A DNA stretch of 64,000 nucleotides, from sequence record NC_031010.1, one strand, 5' to 3'. Position numbers and translations under genes: made by a program. The notes beneath the pieces are model-generated. The model had not been told where the DNA came from and did not search any database. It saw only the letters and a list, made by a program, of their open reading frames with translations. Within the stretch, counting starts at the first letter, position 1; the number at the start of each line of letters is the position of its first letter. Shown here one piece after another: positions 25,877 through 33,699 of this stretch.

Positions 25877-27550
25877 ATGAAATTAGTCAACATGTTGATG
25901 TACCCGGTCTATGGTATCCCAGAGCAAATCCGTCGTCGTATGGCGTACAGCTCTTCTCTCTCAGCGATGGATGAACTGAAAGAGATTGTTTCGCGTGAAG
26001 GCCGTAACGCGATTGCAACCCCAATGTATCAGCAGGCGCTGTCTGATGTGGTTTCCTTTGACTCAACGCCAAACGGTATTGAGCGTCCACTGGTTAACGT
26101 GGGCGAAGGGAACATGGTCGACCGCTTTAACTACAACAGTGACAGCACCGATGTGTATAACTTCATCGCTGTCCTGGTGGCTGACCCGGTTAACGATACC
26201 CGCAGCCAAGAAACCCAATTCATCATCACCGGTTATACCAGTCGTGCGGAGCAATCATTAACGGGCTTACTGCCTGATGACATGGTGCTTTATATCAACG
26301 ACGTGTTCGGTCTGCAGCAGACCTACGGTGCGCCGGATCTGTTCGGTCAGCGTCAGGTTATCCCGGGCAGTGAGCGCATGGTGGACAACTACGTGTTGTC
26401 GCAGGCACTGAGTGTTGACAACTATCAGGAATCGACCATCGATCTTATCTCGATTGCAAAATCGGCAGATATGGTGCGTAAGATTCAACTGGGTGCCAAT
26501 GAGCAGTTCGTGCCAGATGCCAACACCATCTTCTCACCGGTGGCGTCAACGCAGGCGCAGCTGATGTCTTCTCGCCTGACCAACCCGGGTGAGTTCGTCA
26601 GTGCCATGTCAACGAGCTATCTGAAGTCGCGTGGTCAGGATGACACACTGACCGCAGTGGATTCCTTCTTTGACTCTGACGGCGCAAACGGCGTGCAGCG
26701 TGAACTGAATGGCATGGGTGTGATGCGCAGCTTTGCGTCATTCCCGTTCATCCGTTCGCTGCGTGAATCGCTGCAGCGCAACACCGGGCTGGGCAGTGAA
26801 GCGTGGCGTAATGCCCAGAAGGCAAACTTCCGCCTGATGGATATCCGTGCGGCTATCTCAAACCCTGAGAAGCTGAACGTGGATATCAGCACCTCGCTGC
26901 ACGATGCGTTCATGAACCGTACCGGCATTATCGAGAAGACCGATAACTGGCTGTCCATGAATGATTACTCGACGCCGGGCTCGCTGGTTGCGTTCGACAT
27001 CGCCATGCAGCTGTCTCAGGTAATGGCCCGCAGTAAAGTGGGTGCCTGTGCTATCACATTTGACAACATGATGGCTGACTTCGTGACGGAACCGACACTC
27101 ATGGTGAACCCACGTTCTGTCGAAGGGATCATGAAGACGCAGTTACCTGCCGCGTTAGCACAACAGTTGCTGTCGGATCTGAAGCGTTTGTTCATCACCG
27201 TGAGCAAGCACAACAGTCTGCGCTTTGAAGTGTTTATCGTTGCACGTCTGGGCACGGTTAACCGTATTGAGATCAGAATGGATGGCGACCTCGTAAAAGA
27301 GTTCTTCACCTTCGCCTCCTTTATGTCTAACCGCCTGCACATGGGTAACACCACTGACTTGAAATACGTAGGCCAGCTGGCAAAAGACACCGAACGCCTG
27401 TTCTCCAGCATCGACGAAGCGTACGTGGATAACGAACGTGCTGTTGGTAAGAGCAATCTCCAATTCAACATTCCTGATGCACCGGGTACGGGCAACGCGG
27501 GACTGGGCGGTCTGGGGTTATCTTCCGACTTCGATAACTTCAAACTCTAA
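25877..27550 (+). CDS. picA: PicA/Imp1-like nuclear import protein (phiKZ gp69 position)
   Basis: 557 aa, AAGGAG RBS, immediately after the gp68-like gene; assigned by synteny. Confidence 0.65.
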   Translation: MKLVNMLMYPVYGIPEQIRRRMAYSSSLSAMDELKEIVSREGRNAIATPMYQQALSDVVSFDSTPNGIERPLVNVGEGNMVDRFNYNSDSTDVYNFIAVLVADPVNDTRSQETQFIITGYTSRAEQSLTGLLPDDMVLYINDVFGLQQTYGAPDLFGQRQVIPGSERMVDNYVLSQALSVDNYQESTIDLISIAKSADMVRKIQLGANEQFVPDANTIFSPVASTQAQLMSSRLTNPGEFVSAMSTSYLKSRGQDDTLTAVDSFFDSDGANGVQRELNGMGVMRSFASFPFIRSLRESLQRNTGLGSEAWRNAQKANFRLMDIRAAISNPEKLNVDISTSLHDAFMNRTGIIEKTDNWLSMNDYSTPGSLVAFDIAMQLSQVMARSKVGACAITFDNMMADFVTEPTLMVNPRSVEGIMKTQLPAALAQQLLSDLKRLFITVSKHNSLRFEVFIVARLGTVNRIEIRMDGDLVKEFFTFASFMSNRLHMGNTTDLKYVGQLAKDTERLFSSIDEAYVDNERAVGKSNLQFNIPDAPGTGNAGLGGLGLSSDFDNFKL

Positions 27551-27568
27551 GCAAGGATCAATTAACCG

Positions 27569-28906
27569 ATGAACATTTTAGACTTCTATACTGGCCAGAT
27601 GGGTTCGTGGGGTTTTGACCGTGATGGCGATAAGTTCGTCTATCGGGATGACAAGACCCCAGCGTATTTCACGTACAATAAAGTGCGTCGTCGTCTGGTG
27701 CTGCCAACCACGGCCATGCTGAAAGCGGGCATGGAAGATGAAGACGGTACCGAGTGCCATGCGTATCACCCGCTGTGCGAATCTGTGATGTACGGCGAAT
27801 CGGGTACCAACCGTTTCATGAAGAAAGCCATCATGAACCAACTGTGGCTGCGTTCGATTGAGCTTATCGAGTACGTACTCGATACAGCCGCCGAAGGTAA
27901 GAAGGTGCGTCTGGCGGGTTACACCAACTGGTTAGCCGGTATCTGCGAAGGGATTAAAGACCCGAAGCTTGATAAGGTGCTCCAGCAAAGCTTCACCACG
28001 CTCATGAACTACGTGCGCGATAACATGGATGAAAAGAAACGTCTGCAGCTGTTTATCGCAACGGATCTGGTTATCGATGGGGTGAAGTACGTGCGTGCAG
28101 CGAACTTCCGTCACTGCTTTGAAGAAGAAGGCGAAGACGGAACCGCAACGTACTTTGGTGCAACCCTGCGCCGTAAGCAGGATAAGGTGATTCTGCATCG
28201 CCTGCTGACTGCGGTGTTTGGCTGGTATCCACCGGTCACGGGTTCTAATGATGACCGTCCGTACTTCGGTTGTCTGGCACGTGGTTGGGCGAACTATGTC
28301 ATCAACTACAACCAGATTGTCCGGGGCTTAAAGGATCACACGCCACTGCGTCCACTGGACGATGAGTGGATCTCAGAGCTGGACTCGCTGGAGAAGTATA
28401 ACGATAAAATCCAAACGCTGCCGTATAACGTTGGTCCGCGTGGGGAGAACGAGCAGGATACGTCTGCTCGTGAATATCGTCTGAAGCCATCACAGGGCCA
28501 CATCGAGAAAGCGGCACCCACTGCATCCAGCAGTGAGGAACCAGCGAAAGATGACCCGATGGCATTCTTCTCACGGCATGGCGTTGCCCGTCGCGGAAAC
28601 AACTCTATCCTCGCGGCACCGGACCCGTCTCGCATGACACCGGTACAGCAGGCAGAGTACGAACGTACGGGCCGTGTCAATGCACAGGGTGAAACCATCA
28701 GCAGCATGTCACTGGCATCGGCTGTGGGTAACAACACCACGCTGAACACCAACAACGGTGGCAGCTTGCTGAGCAATAACAACGGCGGTGGTCTGTTGGG
28801 TGGTGGTTCATTACTGGGCGGTGGGTCGCTCTTGGGTGGCGATAGCAACAGCGGGTCATTGTTAGGCGGGTCATCTAACAACGGCATCTGGGGCTTGGGC
28901 ATCTAA
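27569..28906 (+). CDS. conserved core protein (phiKZ gp70 position) with Gly/Leu/Asn repeat tail
   Basis: 445 aa; C-terminal GGSLLG repeats. Confidence 0.75.
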   Translation: MNILDFYTGQMGSWGFDRDGDKFVYRDDKTPAYFTYNKVRRRLVLPTTAMLKAGMEDEDGTECHAYHPLCESVMYGESGTNRFMKKAIMNQLWLRSIELIEYVLDTAAEGKKVRLAGYTNWLAGICEGIKDPKLDKVLQQSFTTLMNYVRDNMDEKKRLQLFIATDLVIDGVKYVRAANFRHCFEEEGEDGTATYFGATLRRKQDKVILHRLLTAVFGWYPPVTGSNDDRPYFGCLARGWANYVINYNQIVRGLKDHTPLRPLDDEWISELDSLEKYNDKIQTLPYNVGPRGENEQDTSAREYRLKPSQGHIEKAAPTASSSEEPAKDDPMAFFSRHGVARRGNNSILAAPDPSRMTPVQQAEYERTGRVNAQGETISSMSLASAVGNNTTLNTNNGGSLLSNNNGGGLLGGGSLLGGGSLLGGDSNSGSLLGGSSNNGIWGLGI

Positions 28907-28908
28907 GC

Positions 28909-28947
28909 AAAAAAAATAAAGGGGTCGCAGTGGCCCCTTCTTTTTTT
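28909..28947. terminator. bidirectional terminator
   Basis: A-run, AAGGGG/CCCCTT stem, T-run between convergent genes. Confidence 0.75.
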
Positions 28948-29266
28948 ATAGAATGGTGGAGATAATGGAGTTCACCAGTGGGGCACTGGGGACTTTCAGC
29001 ATCGTGTACTTTTCAGGCGTGAAAGCAAGCGGGTTGGTGATACCGTTCAATAACATCGTGGGATAGATTTGAATATCTTCTAAACCAATGGCCTTACAAA
29101 AGGTGTAGAAGGAGTGGACCTCCGGGTAGCTGTGAGCAGGGTCAACCAGCATATCCGCGGTATCTGCGTGATTACGCATAAAGGCGATGTGATCGCGCAG
29201 CACACGATTCCTATCCGTCTCCGGTGGAGGGATAATATTTCCTAGGGTGATAAACGATTCTAACAC
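28946..29266 (-). CDS. small protein, possibly LysM-like baseplate component (gpX/gp53 type)
   Basis: AAGGAG RBS plus GTG; IYPTMLLNGITNP..F..LKVP pattern resembles LysM-type baseplate proteins. Confidence 0.5.
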   Translation of the reverse strand: MLESFITLGNIIPPPETDRNRVLRDHIAFMRNHADTADMLVDPAHSYPEVHSFYTFCKAIGLEDIQIYPTMLLNGITNPLAFTPEKYTMLKVPSAPLVNSIISTIL

Positions 29267-29291
29267 GGGTGTCTCCTTAAAAGAAACTAGA

Positions 29292-29311
29292 GATAGATAT
29301 TATCCTCATGA
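29292..29311 (+). promoter_or_regulatory. putative early promoter motif
   Basis: GATAGATATTATC-CTC-ATGA. Confidence 0.7.
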
Positions 29312-29337
29312 TGCTACACGAAAGGAGTAATTCATAA

Positions 29338-31557
29338 ATGCAGTCGAATGTCGAATTTAAGGGCGTATCCGCCGACCGTGAACCGTTAATCGATCACGTT
29401 TCTGGTTCGCGCGCAGCAATGGTTGGTGGTCATATGAAATCGGCGGTACCGATTGACCATCCAACACCCTCCCCCCATTTTACCGGAGCTGATTCCGAGT
29501 ACGCGAAGTACATGTTCAATGACATTATCGAAGACGATGGCGAAGTTGCCACCTTTGACGATAAAGGTCGCCAACGTCGTGCTGTGTTTGCCCGTCATGC
29601 CAAACGCGGTGATCCGAATGTGTTGCAGTATGCCATCTTCTTTCGCCGTAGCGAAAAGGGTGCCGGTACGCAGCACAAGACGATGATTGATTTGGCGATG
29701 ACCAGTAACTACACCCATCACGATCATATCTTCACCTCAGAGTTGCGTCCGACCGATAAACTGCGTGGCATTGCCCGTGGTGAAATCAAAGAGGTGTTGC
29801 GTGATGATGTGCTGACCGAATTCAATGCGGTTCAGGACGGTGAGCTGGTTGACGGTGTGGCACTGCCCACGGTTGCAATGTCACATCCGGACATTATCGA
29901 GGACTCCTACACGATTTCTGAAACTGCGGCACATCTGATGCACGGTTGGGGTTATCGTGAGATAATGTTATCGCTACGTGAAGACGAGTATCTGCTCGAC
30001 ACGTACGGCACCTTTATTAATGGTGTGCGTCGTCCACAGTATTTCCCGGAATACGGACAGGCGATTCGTGATGACGGTTTGGTGATTGCTGCTCGTCGTC
30101 ATGACCCGCTCTACGCGGCAATTGATTCTCACTTAGGTGAGACCATGCACGCCAGTCCGTTCTTTGACCATTGTGAGTACGTGGATGCAGACCCGGAGCA
30201 TTACATGCGTCCGAGTGAATTCAACGGCAGTCGCGTAATTGACATTCAGGTCTGGCGTGATGAGTCGTCGATTAACAACGGACAGAACAACATCCGTTGT
30301 ACCACAGAAAACAAAACGGTGCTGGATCTCTACGCCGGTGCACTGAAAGATTTCTATCGGGAACTGGTGCGCTTCTACTTTACCATGAGCAAAGACGACA
30401 ACATCGTCTGGTCGCCTAAGGCAGCCGAGCTTCTGGATAAAGCGTTCGCCTCGGAAACCTACGAAGTCTATTCGGAGTTCCAGCGTGAGATGCGTCGTGA
30501 GATTGATGAAGCCGTTAAACGTGGCGAGTACAAACGTGACCAAGCGGACACGCGTATTCTGCAGCGCTTAAAGGAGCCGGTTCAGCGTTCACTGAAAGAC
30601 CCTATCAACACGTACACCGTGAAGATTGTGGTACGCTACCCGATTCCGGTTACGGTCTCGTCCAAAATCACCGACCGTTCAGGCACCAAGGGTATCGTGG
30701 GTCGGGTGTTGCCTGACGATCAGATGCCAATTAACAAACTGGGCCAGCGTGTACACGTCATTCGCTCTCAGAACGCCGTGGTACGTCGCTCGACCTATTC
30801 CGGATTATTCCACATCTATTGGTCTGCGGCCAGTGAGCAGTTGAAGCTGCGGCTCAAACCGATGCTGGAACAGGATCAGGTGAATGAAGCGTTTGATATT
30901 CTTATCGACTATCTCTCGCGCTACAACATCGACTGGGCGAACTACATGCAGGAGGAGCACACAACGGAAGTGCAGCGCGTGGAACTCTTCAAAGAGATCT
31001 TCGACTTCACCATCCGTATTTGGCTTCCGCATGAACTCGATACCACACCGATGGACATCGTACACAATCTGGGTGAGTATGCGCCACAGAAATCGGAGCT
31101 GCTCATTACCAACTACGACGGTGTGCAGGAGTGGACGAAGAACAAATTCTACGTGGGTCACGTGGAAACCCTTCGTCTGGATAAGACCGGTCGTGAGTTC
31201 TCGTGTATCTCCTCGATGCACTTGAACTACCTCGGTACCATCGATGCGTCCCACGCAGGCCGTGGCGGTTATCCGATTAACTTCTCTGCGAAGAAGTGGA
31301 TGGGGGAATCCGAACGTCGTCTGTTATCCGGCTACGGTAATCTGGCGGATGAGGTGCACAACCGTGCGAACTCAAACGTGGTGCACCGTACGGTCGTGGA
31401 GGCGATGTACGAATCAGACACGCCAACTAACCCGGGGTATATCATCGACAGGAAGAAATTCCCACTCGGTGAATCTCAGGTGGATAAGATGATTCGTAAC
31501 ATTCACCGTTGCGAAGGTTTTGAATTGATTAGACCAGTCCGGGAGGATGCAGAATGA
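29338..31557 (+). CDS. non-virion RNA polymerase beta C-terminal subunit (phiKZ gp71-73-like)
   Basis: RAAM..HM, SKITDRSGTKGIV (cf. GDK..RHG.KG) and K.MGESE motifs. Confidence 0.9.
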   Translation: MQSNVEFKGVSADREPLIDHVSGSRAAMVGGHMKSAVPIDHPTPSPHFTGADSEYAKYMFNDIIEDDGEVATFDDKGRQRRAVFARHAKRGDPNVLQYAIFFRRSEKGAGTQHKTMIDLAMTSNYTHHDHIFTSELRPTDKLRGIARGEIKEVLRDDVLTEFNAVQDGELVDGVALPTVAMSHPDIIEDSYTISETAAHLMHGWGYREIMLSLREDEYLLDTYGTFINGVRRPQYFPEYGQAIRDDGLVIAARRHDPLYAAIDSHLGETMHASPFFDHCEYVDADPEHYMRPSEFNGSRVIDIQVWRDESSINNGQNNIRCTTENKTVLDLYAGALKDFYRELVRFYFTMSKDDNIVWSPKAAELLDKAFASETYEVYSEFQREMRREIDEAVKRGEYKRDQADTRILQRLKEPVQRSLKDPINTYTVKIVVRYPIPVTVSSKITDRSGTKGIVGRVLPDDQMPINKLGQRVHVIRSQNAVVRRSTYSGLFHIYWSAASEQLKLRLKPMLEQDQVNEAFDILIDYLSRYNIDWANYMQEEHTTEVQRVELFKEIFDFTIRIWLPHELDTTPMDIVHNLGEYAPQKSELLITNYDGVQEWTKNKFYVGHVETLRLDKTGREFSCISSMHLNYLGTIDASHAGRGGYPINFSAKKWMGESERRLLSGYGNLADEVHNRANSNVVHRTVVEAMYESDTPTNPGYIIDRKKFPLGESQVDKMIRNIHRCEGFELIRPVREDAE

Positions 31558-33653
31558 AAGGGTGTCCTGTTCACATTCGCGATTTAAGGATGTTACCTGC
31601 GGAGAAAGTCTGGAAGATGCGCGGTCGTTACGACGTGACCTTCGATGATGGCGTGACCTTACCGGTGTCTTCACGACACGTTAAGTTGAGTTGGCCATAC
31701 TGGGCTCTGTCGCGTTACTATCCGCAAGTCTCGACACCCTCGTCTCTGTGCTTTAAACCGGGTGATGTGTCAACGGATGACCGTCACATTGACTTCATGT
31801 CGATTGCGGCCGTGCTGGCACGTGAGGCCGGTGTTGATCTGGGGGATACGCGTTATATCCTCTCGCAGCATGTGTACGCAGATGCTTTTAACTTAACCGT
31901 TAAGCACCTGCTGCCGTATTGCACCACGATTGACATCGATACCATGCGTGACATCTACGACCACCCGGACTTCCAGATTATTCTGCAGTGGGCCGTTGAG
32001 CACCCAACGGGTTACGACTCGGAAGGTAACGACAAAGTTGAAGATGCCTATCAGATCATCGAAAAGATACTGCTGCTTGACCCGAACCTCTCCATGAACC
32101 CGTTGGCGATGTCGGTGAAAGACGGTACCATGAAGATGAACCAGATACTGCAAGCGTACGTGCGCGGGAAGACGTCAGAGATTGACTCGCGTGTCTACAC
32201 TAATCAGGTTTGGGAAGGTTTCTTCAACGGTCTGCACAAACTGGCTTCACGTCTCAAGGAAGCGGGTGCCACCTCGCGTTCGCATCTGTATAACACGGAT
32301 AACATCGCCGAAGCGGAGTACGGTTCACGTAAGCTGCAGCTGGTAGCCAACGTGCTCATGAACTTCAGTTACGACGACTGTGGTACTACAGATGCACACG
32401 AGTTCACCTTCACCGAGCTCGAACATCACAAGCAAGCGTTCAAAGCCATGAAAGGCATGCGCTATCGCTTTGAGAACGAGGGCGGGCCTTGGCGTCGGTT
32501 TGAACCTGAAGACTTTGAAAAGGTGAAAGACCGTCCGCTGTTGTTCCGCAGTGCGATGACGTGTAAGCATCTGGCCAAGCAAGGGCTCTGTGCGGGATGT
32601 ATGGGTGATCTCATCTTCAACCTGTCCGAAGACACCTCGCCGGGTCACCTCGCCTCGACCTCTATCTCAGAGAAGGGATCGCAGGGCATTCTCTCGACCA
32701 AGCACTTAGACTTCCTGCGTGCGTTGCTGAAGTTAATTCTGACGCCACCGATGCAGCAGTATCTGGACAAGTTCGAGAAGGATTCCCAGAAAGGCTTGAA
32801 GCTCAAGGGCAAACCGCTGAACGGTGCGTGGAGCGAATACGAGCTGGTGATTTCTGATAAGCTGTATTCTGAGCTGAGTCAGATTGCGTACCACGAGAAC
32901 ATGGACGATGTCGATGAGACGGCGCTGCCGGAAATCAACGACCTCACGTTCCAGCGGTACGACAAAGAGGGCGAGTTGCAGTTCGAAGAGTCGGTGGATG
33001 CGCGTATGGGTGTGTGCGGTAACTTCTCGAAGGCGTTCTTACGTTTCTTCTTGAAGCATCGCGACAGCCTGCGTTTTGTGAAGAAGCTCGTTCACATTCC
33101 ACTGGCCCAATGGCACACCGCTCAACCCTTGCTTATCTACACCAACCGTTCTGAATCGATGGCAGAGTTCGTAGCCGGTCTTGAGACCAAGCTGCGTTCT
33201 GTTGCTGCCGATAAGAACGACGAAGCCGATGATGTTATCAGCGTCGACAACTCGGTGAAGATGAACAAGAAAGGCAAGGTGAAAACCTTAACGCTGGTTG
33301 AGATGGGTGGCGCAACTGAGCGGCAATGTACGTATGCGTTGTTTGATACCTTCCGTTACATCAGTCGTAAGCTTAACGGCGTCCCGATGTGTCACGTGGG
33401 TATCATGTTAGCGGTCTCGCGTGTTGAATCCCCAACCGATTCTTTCCCGGCGGTGGGCTTTGACCGTGAAGAAGCTAACGAGGTGAGCGGCAAACGTTTC
33501 GTGGATCACAACACCCTCATCGGGATTCGTAGTGGTGCACCGATGTTGCTGTTCCAAGGTCAACAAGACTACCTCAATAACGTCGGCTTCTGGGTAAATG
33601 AGAAACGTCCTGCCAGTCTTTATGATGGGGCGTTTCCTACGCTACCTAAGTAA
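31554..33653 (+). CDS. non-virion RNA polymerase beta' C-terminal subunit (phiKZ gp74-like)
   Basis: AEAEYGSRKL, DDCGT, RSAMTC...LCAGCMG Zn site, SQGILSTKH. Confidence 0.9.
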   Translation: MKGCPVHIRDLRMLPAEKVWKMRGRYDVTFDDGVTLPVSSRHVKLSWPYWALSRYYPQVSTPSSLCFKPGDVSTDDRHIDFMSIAAVLAREAGVDLGDTRYILSQHVYADAFNLTVKHLLPYCTTIDIDTMRDIYDHPDFQIILQWAVEHPTGYDSEGNDKVEDAYQIIEKILLLDPNLSMNPLAMSVKDGTMKMNQILQAYVRGKTSEIDSRVYTNQVWEGFFNGLHKLASRLKEAGATSRSHLYNTDNIAEAEYGSRKLQLVANVLMNFSYDDCGTTDAHEFTFTELEHHKQAFKAMKGMRYRFENEGGPWRRFEPEDFEKVKDRPLLFRSAMTCKHLAKQGLCAGCMGDLIFNLSEDTSPGHLASTSISEKGSQGILSTKHLDFLRALLKLILTPPMQQYLDKFEKDSQKGLKLKGKPLNGAWSEYELVISDKLYSELSQIAYHENMDDVDETALPEINDLTFQRYDKEGELQFEESVDARMGVCGNFSKAFLRFFLKHRDSLRFVKKLVHIPLAQWHTAQPLLIYTNRSESMAEFVAGLETKLRSVAADKNDEADDVISVDNSVKMNKKGKVKTLTLVEMGGATERQCTYALFDTFRYISRKLNGVPMCHVGIMLAVSRVESPTDSFPAVGFDREEANEVSGKRFVDHNTLIGIRSGAPMLLFQGQQDYLNNVGFWVNEKRPASLYDGAFPTLPK

Positions 33654-33699
33654 ATAGAGAGAGGGGCACCCGCCCCTCTTTTTTTCTCAGAGGGGCCTT

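Noticed and set aside
29221-29240. Minus-strand copy of the early promoter motif (GAAATATTATC)
   Set aside because: Lacks the RTGA element and lies inside a coding region.
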